From a virus (lineage: Duplodnaviria; Caudoviricetes): DNA of 64,000 nucleotides. Location: positions 1 to 64,000 of IMG/VR virus record IMGVR_UViG_3300037400_005125; one strand, written 5' to 3'. The translations under genes were made by a program, and so were the position numbers. Below the pieces are notes generated by a model. The model made no database searches. It saw only the letters and a list, made by a program, of their open reading frames with translations, and was not told the DNA's origin. Shown here in pieces: positions 10,801 through 19,573 of this stretch. Each line of letters starts with the position of its first letter. Within the stretch, counting starts at the first letter, position 1.

Positions 10801-11312
10801 AAATCATCATTAAGTTCACTTGGCTGAAATAATGACATACCTCTTACGTCAGTGAACTTAATTGTAACAACAGGCACAGCAGTACTATTATACTCAACAT
10901 CAACAGATTTGATACCAAGCATTTCAGTAGTACCATAGTCTACCAGGTCTGTTATATACATGTCAGCATAATAGTTAGTGAGAACACTTTTACCATTTAA
11001 TTTAGCTTTCCTTACCTCGTTATTAGAAGATGACTCATATCCTCCAATCATACTTCCACTCATGAAGCTAACGTTGCTTTTCTCACCGCTTCTGTCCTGA
11101 TATGACATAATAATAACCTTATTTTCGGTATCCATATCAGTACCAACACTCTTTCTTCTTGATGAAAGCTCAACTATTATGTCAAGAGCAATACAGTAAT
11201 CCTCAAGGTCTGGTGCTCTATCATAAGTCTCACCGTCGTTAGCTGCTGCTGTAAGTCCACTAAACGTGTAATTAGGTTCTACATATGCAACAGATGAATG
11301 GTTTCTTGCCAT
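4836..11312 (-). CDS. giant baseplate/tail-associated protein with a phage-tail-lysozyme domain and a C-terminal CHAP/NlpC-like amidase
   Basis: AAAGIVGNMWVET...GGLCQWR...TQIKFL...AEHFRAAYER...RQDMAEKF (tail lysozyme family); CASYVEDAI...GKFHACLY...WCSDFIQ (Cys/His amidase); located in the baseplate cluster. Confidence 0.75.
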   Translation of the reverse strand: MARNHSSVAYVEPNYTFSGLTAAANDGETYDRAPDLEDYCIALDIIVELSSRRKSVGTDMDTENKVIIMSYQDRSGEKSNVSFMSGSMIGGYESSSNNEVRKAKLNGKSVLTNYYADMYITDLVDYGTTEMLGIKSVDVEYNSTAVPVVTIKFTDVRGMSLFQPSELNDDLSFNGIRGFSKDNIAQSFFHSFFTLPIPKFTIVLKGFYGEPVSYQVMCDKFDTAFNSSNGNFDVTARFIGFAYSFMADVSFNALLAAPFSDYIGEKYWDSQVKSGRFTLPNQNGSTVRMPKLYEIRRDFETLMNDSDNESHDTTEDEESKTHEIEIQTLTKLRNMYKSWYDSLYINCTSMYGTDYCYAFGGVEDEDYKLIVIFTNGKNIKENDLSKEFLQYDESFRKLSDNLQSAIDEYNNSGKAYRQLDRIKENFAYKKIRTLRPIWYNNRKNILTFDGFHSDNILPRKEAIETIFGNEPTHQQNVLAKLYDDGENQYTSAFVIDLDYTDLKRRINSLIEDANRNKDDKIQKRKALNKHMYEKMGWYPTIENFTKIVMAHLETLMAMMYDVVDQTKSRTLSQLGIESGDSGVVDINKKDDNVAPFPRLTVLTTDADGYSKSEDAWAGNFTDGIGFKEVDMINGLFNGVSKIYELEKEIQAAVNNINSESEPVDNTAVSIMPMPLTSYDFVIKKNPYGNEDDITNSIDAFAGKVCMRMFGILSLNHFRKEHKSNWLALAEKLGKIEAYNFHKLNKIKNPKLMSAIGENGSIKNGEDIIKIVTGKGSIEGKLAWEDNNGNGKMLFSSGNMWLTKYRSASSGMALHPLQNMSFKKLKSSFNAINAGKYPIEDEDIIVIDSFEKIGGNNLRRAITRDGETSFFNTVKFTNKSKDIWEILQNAQSNTVSEYSDVANLVSTTIKPDVSKNLAGVIAPPSSDYPISFNRCIDEAYLAKPGNTYTIYGFDDTSLAYGGGVTKSEANDERKYRFSEDGYFDEMINGSIQSFTITESFGFKKVDGKYSIDQSKSFFYTPEYVNLSSFIKNECEVITSEEVQMAFFLMGLTGIKYDKIADNINNKSFAYIPNIASLQIGAVIAAYYCNSFIDSNGVRKSVPFTSVFNVDYARKFIVVPYGFEALTGVINGMSTACKLSYVKHFRDWCVSYKAKFNELKIKDMNKTNKVSHVHYEKVMFDRESGATVKRALFRQNSDVIKSITNSLMSMVGIINLTVASDGSAKSKDSDFEKAYYVSETQAKVYLDSFLKTLRQINGLEEGGGDPTTIAQNPTQTTEDMKIELYRYLKQIYDKWAAATTFDTWKFDQFFNEKQKQNPLGNNFFFIDSFYNKIGDKLLINPRKLSKIIKLATESMDTNVMLYSFFAQVYGEHRCMMKCIQNFKMLSDGINNLFVPVPYNSMSRPDPFPDFVVIYTYESSRNLNVANGEYKDDGFMLNDEYDTPLPIKSRGDEKRFYKIPAFGVSYGRQYQNYFKSVNVDMSNPTTTEQAIVAKHSILAASRDKTAKGVGAQDLYDIYSNQSYTCNVEMMGCAFVQPLMYFVLLNVPFFRGSYLISKVKHSLRPGDMTTTITGVRMSKYSNKIVTDIFTDEEDAINEGGTYNEDKKYLMADTTNDCPYQVFPIENDDSVYLSGSDLEKAKTLMDKIAKVLYNKDDCSDKDVRIAAAGIVGNMWVETLPHFDHTSVNAFDNGGKSGGLCQWRDNNGNNKEKNLSHLILKQPDGYGQPNQKCVTGGLDKSGLKNLFSKSGITVDTQIKFLNDTISNVTDPKNGGKFSKEKLLSDSSARVAAEHFRAAYERGNDASKRQDMAEKFFDSYESTRQINTAKTSKKPFTELFFNAVQKSLNSTGSYSGNLIPAYRDNDKTYLQIRIEGNDYTKLAVLFDIILNSPEYYNHVGSMSWVYKNSPSEYPDKLLLKVGKTVKNNERRIYVQNGGGNVSGKLNGDECNEKLMQSLGKKYGAGDKNVFTTECPQFSNSPSCLDKFKPTDCNTLFNGGTNNNANPSEISHGDAGSIDGWDVGKACAWIISHNQGCRTVGSETKCGVSKCASYVEDAIAAGGGPLKNRMSCGGNGHATNLRYHGILEKNGFVQIDSGTVAPRGNPNISLQAGDVAILGPNGGGKFHACLYTSSRGWCSDFIQNNMNVYSSLQPYAIYRFHNKKKS

Positions 11313-11315
11313 ATA

Positions 11316-11636
11316 TTAATTTTCTAAACCGTATAATTTATCATATTTTTTTATTTCATCCTCATATCTCTGTATAGCATTTTCAAGAGGATATGGAATT
11401 CTAAGCTTAATGTCTGAATCAAGTAAATATTCTAGTGAACCATATTGTGGATTTGATTGTAGAATAAGCCATCCAAAGTTTGGGTCATTATAATACTGAT
11501 ATGATAAAAGGTCAAGCCTTGTTTTACCATGCTCATAATAAACGAAACAATCTGTGTTACTCTCTGGTATTTTAATGAACGGAACTTTCAAATAAGCCCC
11601 GTCCACTATGAAATTCTTATATCTGTTGTAATTCAT
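11316..11636 (-). CDS. baseplate wedge / LysM-like protein (T4 gp53 / P2 gpX-like)
   Basis: TRLDLLSYQYYNDPNFGWLILQSNP...LRIP motif. Confidence 0.8.
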   Translation of the reverse strand: MNYNRYKNFIVDGAYLKVPFIKIPESNTDCFVYYEHGKTRLDLLSYQYYNDPNFGWLILQSNPQYGSLEYLLDSDIKLRIPYPLENAIQRYEDEIKKYDKLYGLEN

Positions 11637-11647
11637 TTGATAAAGTT

Positions 11648-14600
11648 TTATGCATCCTCATTATCCTCATTATAAGGGTAGTTAAATGGCTTATAAGCTA
11701 TTTCTTTACCTGTTCCATTAGGGTTGTATTCAACACGTTCTGCACGGTTATCATAAACGCCAGTATTCGCATAGTAATTGAATGATACTGCGTTCTGAAG
11801 CCTTGCAATAGGTCCTGCAAGGTCACTACCTCCTATGAAGTTAAAGTCAATATTAATTTTTGCAAACATTGGCATAACACCAATACCCTCTGGATTTAAA
11901 TCCCATTGAGGGTCGTCATAGTTAATAGTTAACGAATTTATAATAATTTTCGTATAATAGAAATCACCTATCCTCAACACACAAACTGGAGGTCTTCCAA
12001 ACGCTAAGTTATAAGCTGTTTGTACATTTGGGTCACTATTACCTATTGTTGCTCCCTGTCTTGTACACTGATGTAAGAAAGTAAGCCTTGCATTAAATCC
12101 CTCTGGAGAAATTGCATGATAAGCAGGGTCAAAATACTTGATTTTATCGGTTATCAGATTATGAAGGAAAGGACTCTTCTTGTCAAGAAGTTGGAAAAAT
12201 TCTCCTTCATTATCATATCTCTTCACAGTACTTGTTTTTACTGTTATACCCTGTTTAAGAAAAGAATCGTCATAATTTGTCGCTGCTGTGTCTGTATAGT
12301 TTTTACCAGTATTTCTTTCAGCGTCTTCAACAGTGAAAGAATCTGGATTAATTATTTGGGGCACTAAAACTTTCTTCGGTGTTCCATCTTTCATCATAAT
12401 ATACTCAACAGCCATGTAAGTACCCTTTTCCATTAACTTTCTACCTTCTTCAGTATTTTCTAGCCAATCTCTACCAGCACTAATAGAGCCTTTTGATTTA
12501 CTCTTATTTGATGATTTTGTTACTGTGTTGGTTTGGTCTAGTATCTTTCCATTTTCATCAGTAACAACATTTCCATTTTCATCAGTCTGTACTGCTGAGT
12601 CTTTATTTGACGCATTTTCTGTTGTGCCAACCTCATATTCTATTTTAACATAGGCACTTCTCCAGAATTTTGTCACTGGGTCATTAACGTCATATTTATT
12701 TCCAGCCTTTTGAACCCCACCAGTAGTAGAGTTCTTCGTATCATGAAACTCGAATTTTCCGTTACCAGCTTCAGGGAAACCTACACTTGTCATCCATTTT
12801 TGTAATGTTAGCGCTCTGTTTTTAGCAAGAGAGTTGTTCCTAGTTGTATTAACTTTTTCACTTTTGTTATTACCCTGTGTTGATGCATGACCATAGAATG
12901 TTATGTTAGTTATTTTATGAGTACCTTTACTAACACCCTCTTTAACCTCTTTAACTAAATTTACCTTCTCTTCTTTATATAAACCACTTATAGGTTCTTT
13001 TACGCCTTCAAGTGCTGCATACATATCAGTAAGACTTACAATGGTGTCATTTTCTTTGTCTATATCGATTTCAAACTCAGATTTTATATACCCAGAATCA
13101 TATATACCAGTGCTATTGTACTTAAAGCTCTTAGTATCCATATAATTCTCCTTAATAAGACAAGTAGTTCCGTTACTACCATTAAGCTGCTGATTAGCAG
13201 TATCATTGTCAACCCTATAATACCAACGTTTTCTATACCACTCAAACGGTCTTGAATTGATATTTTTACCTTGCGCTGCACCAAGAGATAATGCTGTAGA
13301 ACCAATCTGTTTAGCTAGTGTTGGACTACCAAAAGGTGGCTCACCACCATCGTAAAAAGCGTTTATTTTTTCTGACTCACCATTTTCATCTGTTAAATAC
13401 TGTGCTTTTCTCTCTGTTGTCTGTGTATCAGCATAAGTACCTCTTATTGTTTCATAGTTAGCTTTAAGAGGCTTTTCTGCTACTGATATACCATTTTCTC
13501 GCATCTCGTAGCCACCATATCCAGTTTTACCATAAACAAAGACTTTATGGTTCATATCAGCCATAAAATCATCTGCGTTCTTGGTCATTTCATTAACCCT
13601 TTTCTGAGTACCTATACCATTCAATAGATAGTGTATTGGATTTACAATACCTCCATCATCTTTACCGCTATAATTGTTAGGATAGAACACAAAACAATAG
13701 ATTGCTTTTTTAACTGGTTCAGTCTCATCTGGTTTTGGTGGGTTAGGCTGTGGAACATTATCCTTCTGTATATCTGGTTTTACTTCAGGTTTTACATTTC
13801 TAGACCAATACTGTTGTGGCTTTGCTGTAAGCATATCACACCCAGCAAAGAATCTCAAAAGAGTTTGCTCCTGGTTGTTTATTTCATCAACACCGCCAGA
13901 ATTACCTGGTATTAGTTGTCTTCCATTATTTTTTAAGTCGCCTCTTGGGGCATCGTGTCCAGTCCAATAGTCAAGTATTGCTGGGTGGTCAATCACCAAC
14001 GTAAAAGAAAGATTACCTCTTCTTTCTGTGTTTGTATATGTGTAGATGTTTTCACCACGCCCAATGAACTCATTTGAATTCCATTTTACACTTACACTCT
14101 CATTGAACTGAATATCATATGGTGGAAACCACATTATACGACCACCAAGCGGTCCTCTTTGTTCTGGTGACAGCCCATAAGGTTCAAATTCAGATTTCTT
14201 GGCTTTATCGTCACGCCATGCAAGATTCTCAATTGAAAACATGCACCTTTTCGTAGACACAGACTTTTCCTCCTTACCCTCAAAATAATCTTTGAGCTTG
14301 GCTGTAGGTGCAATATTTACAAAATTATTATTATAATTAAGAGTTCCGTGTGTGTCTAGCCTATTGCTACCACTTCCAATTTTATAATTCTTACTACCAT
14401 GTGTGCGGAATGAAACGTTACCATATTCGCCAGATTGTTCTTTTTCAAGTTGTTCAGCAGTACTAATCAACCCACCTTCAAATGGTCTAATTGCATCAAT
14501 CATCCTATGATACTGATGATGGTAAGTCCAAACTCTACAATATGGGTTATTGTATCCATTTTCCCTACTTGGGCTAACTTTCAATAAGTTTCTACCATGA

Positions 14601-15274
14601 GACATACCATACTTGTCAGTAACTGCTGTTTGGGTAGGGTTGTTTAGCCTTCTTGAATCATCACTGTTTGTATGAAATCTTGCAACAAGAGTGTTATAAG
14701 CACCACTATTGAAGTTCTCGTTTGTTTTCTTTATGAGGTCACATGTTGACAGGTTCTGGAAACTGCTAGAATACTGTCCACTTGCAGTACCAACATTTGA
14801 TTCTGCGCTATTAATAACCATGTTATTAGTGACACCATCATTCGATTCAGCGTAAAAATATCCAGTTTTGCTATATATCGTATCATTTGGAACAAAATCT
14901 GGCATCCACCTTCCAAGAAGGTTTACATGGTCTGTGTAAGGGTCAGCAAACTTAACAGTTGGCTTTTCCTTATAGAATGTAAATTTAGGACACCAATATT
15001 CATTACCACTACCATACATGATACTACTGATTGTAGTACCTTGTTGATAGTTTCTCCTTACATGGTCGAATATATAAAGATAATCTTTACCAAGTAAGCT
15101 AACTGGTTGCCTTCCAAGGGCTTGTACAAGCAAAGTAATATCCTCATAGGAATTGGTCATTCCTATTGTTCTTGATATAAAATCGCTATTACTCAATAAA
15201 TCACTAGCTGCATTTTTCAATATGTCACCAGTGTTTTTGAGTATATCCCTTGCGTTCTTAGTAGAAATTGCCAT
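11648..15274 (-). CDS. baseplate/tail-tip protein with an internal OmpA-C-like segment
   Basis: WNSNEFIGRGENIYTYTNTERRGNLSF and PPVCVLRIGDFY...WDLNPEGIGVMPMFAKINIDF tube-initiator-like halves; GHASTQG...NNSLAKNRA OmpA-like motif. Confidence 0.65.
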   Translation of the reverse strand: MAISTKNARDILKNTGDILKNAASDLLSNSDFISRTIGMTNSYEDITLLVQALGRQPVSLLGKDYLYIFDHVRRNYQQGTTISSIMYGSGNEYWCPKFTFYKEKPTVKFADPYTDHVNLLGRWMPDFVPNDTIYSKTGYFYAESNDGVTNNMVINSAESNVGTASGQYSSSFQNLSTCDLIKKTNENFNSGAYNTLVARFHTNSDDSRRLNNPTQTAVTDKYGMSHGRNLLKVSPSRENGYNNPYCRVWTYHHQYHRMIDAIRPFEGGLISTAEQLEKEQSGEYGNVSFRTHGSKNYKIGSGSNRLDTHGTLNYNNNFVNIAPTAKLKDYFEGKEEKSVSTKRCMFSIENLAWRDDKAKKSEFEPYGLSPEQRGPLGGRIMWFPPYDIQFNESVSVKWNSNEFIGRGENIYTYTNTERRGNLSFTLVIDHPAILDYWTGHDAPRGDLKNNGRQLIPGNSGGVDEINNQEQTLLRFFAGCDMLTAKPQQYWSRNVKPEVKPDIQKDNVPQPNPPKPDETEPVKKAIYCFVFYPNNYSGKDDGGIVNPIHYLLNGIGTQKRVNEMTKNADDFMADMNHKVFVYGKTGYGGYEMRENGISVAEKPLKANYETIRGTYADTQTTERKAQYLTDENGESEKINAFYDGGEPPFGSPTLAKQIGSTALSLGAAQGKNINSRPFEWYRKRWYYRVDNDTANQQLNGSNGTTCLIKENYMDTKSFKYNSTGIYDSGYIKSEFEIDIDKENDTIVSLTDMYAALEGVKEPISGLYKEEKVNLVKEVKEGVSKGTHKITNITFYGHASTQGNNKSEKVNTTRNNSLAKNRALTLQKWMTSVGFPEAGNGKFEFHDTKNSTTGGVQKAGNKYDVNDPVTKFWRSAYVKIEYEVGTTENASNKDSAVQTDENGNVVTDENGKILDQTNTVTKSSNKSKSKGSISAGRDWLENTEEGRKLMEKGTYMAVEYIMMKDGTPKKVLVPQIINPDSFTVEDAERNTGKNYTDTAATNYDDSFLKQGITVKTSTVKRYDNEGEFFQLLDKKSPFLHNLITDKIKYFDPAYHAISPEGFNARLTFLHQCTRQGATIGNSDPNVQTAYNLAFGRPPVCVLRIGDFYYTKIIINSLTINYDDPQWDLNPEGIGVMPMFAKINIDFNFIGGSDLAGPIARLQNAVSFNYYANTGVYDNRAERVEYNPNGTGKEIAYKPFNYPYNEDNEDA

Positions 15275-15310
15275 ATAGAAAATATACTTTCTTTGTATTT
15301 TATTTAAATA

Positions 15311-18187
15311 TTAAGTTGTTGTTTTAATTTTACCATACAATGATGTTGGCATAAATGCTCCACTTACATAAGCCGTATCGTTAACTGCCTTAAGGTTAAA
15401 CTGATTTGTAAAATATTCAGACACCTTCTGAGCAATGATATCATATGCTCTACTGTCAAGCTCACGAGTATTTCCACCACCCATATCAATTCTTATAGTG
15501 CCACCAACATTAACTCTTATCGCATCAACTGTAACTTTATTATTTCCAACATTAGAAGTAGATGTGTTCTGTGGAACATAGATATATTCTTTCTGTCCTA
15601 CAGGCATTGCCTGAATATTATCAGTAAACATCTTCTGCTGCTTTTCATTAAGGACAATCTCACCCTTCTTAAGCCATGTTAATATATCCTCACCTTCTGG
15701 TTTTGTAACCCTACCTACTGAACCACCAGAAGAGTGTTTCTCAGTTGTGTTGTTACTTACTGTCATGATAGTATCTCCAGCATTGGTTATGTTACCACCA
15801 ACTGCACCACCAACAGAGTGTTTCTCAGTTGTAAGATTCATAATGCTACTACCAAGATTAGTGACATTACCTCCTATAGTACCACCTGTTGAATGAGATT
15901 CTGTTGACATGTTCATAATAGTATCTCCAGCATTGGTTATATTACCACCAACTGCACCTCCAACAGAATGGGACTCAGTTGACATGTTCATAATAGTATT
16001 ACCAATATTTGTTGAACCGCCACCAACAACACCACCATTTGAATGATATTCTGGGTTTTTGTTAATAACATTTGTAATAATATCGCCAGCTTTACTACTT
16101 GCTCCACCTATTGTTCCACCTGTTGAATGGGTCTCTGGTTTTACTTGTACAGCATCTGCTGCTGCTTCTCCACCTTTACTTCCAAGCCACCCAACTATAG
16201 CTCCACCAAGTGCTGCACCTATAGCAGTACCAACACCAGGTGCTATAGCAGTTCCTATTGCACCACCAATCCATGCCCCAAGAGAACCACCAGCCATTGC
16301 GCCTCCAGTACCAGCAATATCTCTATTTCTTTCCTTTGAAGCGTTTTCTATTTGTTTTTTCTTCTGTGCATCTGTTAATGATGTATCTTTTTCAATTTGT
16401 TCCTTTTTACTACTGTAATCTGATATTGTAGAGGCTATATCAACAGCGCCAAGAACTGCTCCAATCCCAGCAGTACCTCTAACAGCGTTTCTGAAGCCAC
16501 GTGAGTTCCTAAATAAAGTTTTCAGCCCACTCTTGCCCTTAGCAAAACTGCCGCCTTTTTTGGCACTCATTCCCCTATTAGCGTCAGATTTAGCCTGTTT
16601 CCATGTACGATTTTTATATGGTTTTGCTCCTTTTTTTGCTGGTGTAGCAGCATTTTTTCTGCCACCAAAAAGTTTTCCAATTGAGCCAGCAATGTTCTTA
16701 ACAGCACCTATAAGTGGTATGAAGAACATTGCACCAAGCAATTTAATCCAATCACTTGTGATGAATTTTCCGACTGCACCAAGAGTATCTACTACTGCTT
16801 GTATGCCAGTCATAATTTTATTCATGTTCTCCTCTTTTAGAGCGCCTTCAATAAGTTTCTTGATATTTTCAGCTATTGCCCCAGCATGAGGTACAACCAT
16901 CTTGTATATATCGCCAAGGAATGCTTGTATCTTAGTTAAGAATGGTGATATTTTTTCTGCCATCATTGCCTGCAATGAAGTAACCCATCCTTCTATTTTA
17001 TCACGAATAGAAACAACGGCTTCGGCTTGCTCTCTTACAATCTCCTCATCAGACATGCCACTGAACTTCATCATTTCATCAAATTCAGATTTACCCCTAT
17101 TAGGGTCCTGGAAGTAATCCATATTCTCATACTTGCCAGTCTTTGAACTGTACATCTGCATCTGACCATCTCTAATTTGTGTCTTGTTGAGAAGGAAATC
17201 TCTCTTGTTTTCATCACCACCAGATAATCTATCAAGGTCTCTTCCAAATTTGTTGTTCTTGTATGTTACCTCTGCGTTCTTCTTAGCAATAGAAATAGCC
17301 TCATCACGACTTATACCCATAGCATCGGCAATACCATTGACAAAGTCCCTACTCATGGCATTCATCTTAGCCATACCAGTTTTTGCATCAAACTGTGCAT
17401 ATCCACCAAGTACCTTGGTCATTCTTTCGCCAAATGCCTCAGGGTCATAGTTTGCCTCATATGACATGTCTAGTGGGTTTCCTCCCATAGCACCAGCAGC
17501 ACCTCCAAGCATTGAAAGCTTTGCAGAGTTCTCGATGGCATCCTGGATATTCATGAAATTACCAGCAGCACTTTCAAGAGATTGCATATTAAATCCCATC
17601 TTTTCCGATAGTGCCACCATTCTTGTAAGACCATCAATACCGTTTCTGAAAGTAAGTCTGTTAGCCATTGAAAGGTTTTGACCTACCTTTGCTGCCATGC
17701 CAGCAGCATCTAGTCCTTTCTTAGCTGCCGTAGCGTAAGCTTTTGATACCGCCCCTTGTACAGTACTGAGCTGTCCACCCATTGTACGCATTATGGTCTG
17801 TGCGAATTCGTTGGCAGTATCTTCACCTACTGTTCTGTTAATAGCAACCTGCATGTCAGCCTGAGCATTGCTGAGCATGAGAACTCTACCAGTTGCACGA
17901 GAAAGATTTTTTTCAAGTTTGGCAACTTCTTCAGCAGCAATACCGTATTTTTCACCAAGGTCTTTAGCCCTTGTTGTCAATACTTCTGTATAAGCTTGAG
18001 CTTGTTTTGCGGTTAAACCAGCTTGACGTGAAAACGCCATTGCAGAATCATTGAACTGCAATGCCATTTTAAACCCGCCAAATATGAGATTATTGATTAA
18101 TCTCAATGAGCTGGATATAGTACCGCTAAGCAAACTTGCTATTTGCCCCAAAGTACCTACTAACATTTTACCTATCTTAGGATTCAT
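15311..18187 (-). CDS. tape measure protein
   Basis: Long Ala/Gly-rich helical protein with glycine-zipper segments and a C-terminal GGxVG...GEIVLNxxQ motif; upstream of baseplate genes. Confidence 0.75.
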   Translation of the reverse strand: MNPKIGKMLVGTLGQIASLLSGTISSSLRLINNLIFGGFKMALQFNDSAMAFSRQAGLTAKQAQAYTEVLTTRAKDLGEKYGIAAEEVAKLEKNLSRATGRVLMLSNAQADMQVAINRTVGEDTANEFAQTIMRTMGGQLSTVQGAVSKAYATAAKKGLDAAGMAAKVGQNLSMANRLTFRNGIDGLTRMVALSEKMGFNMQSLESAAGNFMNIQDAIENSAKLSMLGGAAGAMGGNPLDMSYEANYDPEAFGERMTKVLGGYAQFDAKTGMAKMNAMSRDFVNGIADAMGISRDEAISIAKKNAEVTYKNNKFGRDLDRLSGGDENKRDFLLNKTQIRDGQMQMYSSKTGKYENMDYFQDPNRGKSEFDEMMKFSGMSDEEIVREQAEAVVSIRDKIEGWVTSLQAMMAEKISPFLTKIQAFLGDIYKMVVPHAGAIAENIKKLIEGALKEENMNKIMTGIQAVVDTLGAVGKFITSDWIKLLGAMFFIPLIGAVKNIAGSIGKLFGGRKNAATPAKKGAKPYKNRTWKQAKSDANRGMSAKKGGSFAKGKSGLKTLFRNSRGFRNAVRGTAGIGAVLGAVDIASTISDYSSKKEQIEKDTSLTDAQKKKQIENASKERNRDIAGTGGAMAGGSLGAWIGGAIGTAIAPGVGTAIGAALGGAIVGWLGSKGGEAAADAVQVKPETHSTGGTIGGASSKAGDIITNVINKNPEYHSNGGVVGGGSTNIGNTIMNMSTESHSVGGAVGGNITNAGDTIMNMSTESHSTGGTIGGNVTNLGSSIMNLTTEKHSVGGAVGGNITNAGDTIMTVSNNTTEKHSSGGSVGRVTKPEGEDILTWLKKGEIVLNEKQQKMFTDNIQAMPVGQKEYIYVPQNTSTSNVGNNKVTVDAIRVNVGGTIRIDMGGGNTRELDSRAYDIIAQKVSEYFTNQFNLKAVNDTAYVSGAFMPTSLYGKIKTTT
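15710..16145 (-). repeat. six imperfect tandem ~24-28-aa repeats (TExHSxGGxVGG...GxxIMN) in the tape measure protein
   Basis: PETHSTGG, PEYHSNGG, TESHSVGG, TESHSTGG, TEKHSVGG, TEKHSSGG in the translation. Confidence 0.85.
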
Positions 18188-18241
18188 TTTTATAAAACTT
18201 TAATATAAATACAATTGTTTAACATTTTTTAAACATTAAGA

Positions 18242-18273
18242 TTTGGGTATTACAAATATTTTATCTAACTTTG
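18242..18273 (+). promoter_or_regulatory. Bacteroidota sigma70-type promoter
   Basis: TTTG (18242-18245) ... TAACTTTG (18266-18273). Confidence 0.8.
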
Positions 18274-18299
18274 CACTGTAAAACAAAAAACATTGTATT

Positions 18300-18437
18300 A
18301 TGAAATTTTATAAAGAAGTCTGGGGTATTATCTGGGAGTTCAATTCCATTGGTGAATATTTGTGTTTTCTTCTTGGAAGACTACTAGGAGTAATTATATT
18401 TTTAGGACTTATGTATTGGTTTGTTTATTGCAGATAA
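18300..18437 (+). CDS. small membrane protein (45 aa; not in ORF track)
   Basis: Manual translation MKFYKEVWGIIWEFNSIGEYLCFLLGRLLGVIIFLGLMYWFVYCR; follows the promoter; stop is 3 nt before the SprT start. Confidence 0.6.
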   Translation: MKFYKEVWGIIWEFNSIGEYLCFLLGRLLGVIIFLGLMYWFVYCR

Positions 18438-18440
18438 ATT

Positions 18441-18854
18441 ATGAAGATAAGTTTAAATCAAGTAGCTTGTATGTTTTGCAACTACAATGAAGCATATTTC
18501 GATAATTGTCTACCAGAGCCAGAATTTGAATTAATTCATAGTTTTAGGTATTTTGGCTATTTCAGGTCTGATATTGAGGATGGCACAACTGTAAATCCAA
18601 CTATTCAGATTAGTGACCAATATGACTACACTGAAAAACAATTCTGTAACATCCTTATACATGAAATGATTCACTATTACCTTGCTTATACTGGAATTGA
18701 CACTGATGGTAGTCATGGAAATGAATTTAATAAGATGGCTAGAAAATTCAATAAAGAATATGGTATGAATATCACAGAAACTATCAACATGAACGAATAC
18801 AAAAGATTAAAGGGAACTTCAGCAATTAAATATGCCCTGGCAAAACTATTCTGA
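18441..18854 (+). CDS. SprT-like zinc metalloprotease
   Basis: ILIHEMIHY...GSHGNEF (HExxH plus distal His). Confidence 0.85.
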   Translation: MKISLNQVACMFCNYNEAYFDNCLPEPEFELIHSFRYFGYFRSDIEDGTTVNPTIQISDQYDYTEKQFCNILIHEMIHYYLAYTGIDTDGSHGNEFNKMARKFNKEYGMNITETINMNEYKRLKGTSAIKYALAKLF

Positions 18855-18886
18855 ATCTATCTGATATTTATTGTAAAAAATATACA

Positions 18887-19561
18887 ATGAATATTCGACA
18901 GATAATAAGAGAGGCAATAGATAAAACATTAATGAAAAGATACCAAGGGCAATTAGAGGGGTATCTTGGTACTTTTGGGATAGATACAACACCGCTTGGT
19001 AACAACCCAAGAGGAGTTCAATCTGTACAAAAATTTAATGACTTTGCATTCGAAGTTGATTTTGCACTAAAGCATAACTTATATAAACCATCAACAGGTA
19101 CTAGGGTAAACAGTACCCCACAAGCTGCCCCACAGAATAATTTAAGGCAGAGGCAGACTAATACTGACGATGGGGTTGTCACTAAAACAGTAAACACCGT
19201 TACTGACTGGGCTGACGATGCATACCAGTACGCAAGGCAAGCTGGGCTTGATGGATTTGACCCTTTGGTTGGTGGAACTATTAGAGCGTTTCAAAATGGA
19301 TATAATGGAATGCAAGATAAGTGGAATGGTCAAAATAATATACAAGCCCAACAGAGACAACAGCCTCAAAGACAAACACCAAATAGAAGAAGAAAGCCAA
19401 GCGGTACTGATTTGACAACTTTGATGGGAGAACCATATAGAAGGGCAATACAAGAAATAAATTATGCCATACAGACAATACCTGGAGTTAGAAGTCTTCG
19501 TTATTTAAATGATACAATAGTATTGCTTGGAAATATAAAAAATGCACTAGGACAGCCCTAG
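18887..19561 (+). CDS. hypothetical Gln-rich protein with leader-like N-terminus (MNIRQIIREAID)
   Basis: ORF track; preceded by TATTTAT at 18865-18871. Confidence 0.7.
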   Translation: MNIRQIIREAIDKTLMKRYQGQLEGYLGTFGIDTTPLGNNPRGVQSVQKFNDFAFEVDFALKHNLYKPSTGTRVNSTPQAAPQNNLRQRQTNTDDGVVTKTVNTVTDWADDAYQYARQAGLDGFDPLVGGTIRAFQNGYNGMQDKWNGQNNIQAQQRQQPQRQTPNRRRKPSGTDLTTLMGEPYRRAIQEINYAIQTIPGVRSLRYLNDTIVLLGNIKNALGQP

Positions 19562-19572
19562 TGCATTTTTAT
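19535..19572. terminator. bidirectional intrinsic terminator
   Basis: AATGCACTAGG-acagc-CCTAGTGCATT flanked by A- and T-runs between convergent genes. Confidence 0.85.
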
Positions 19573-19573
19573 T

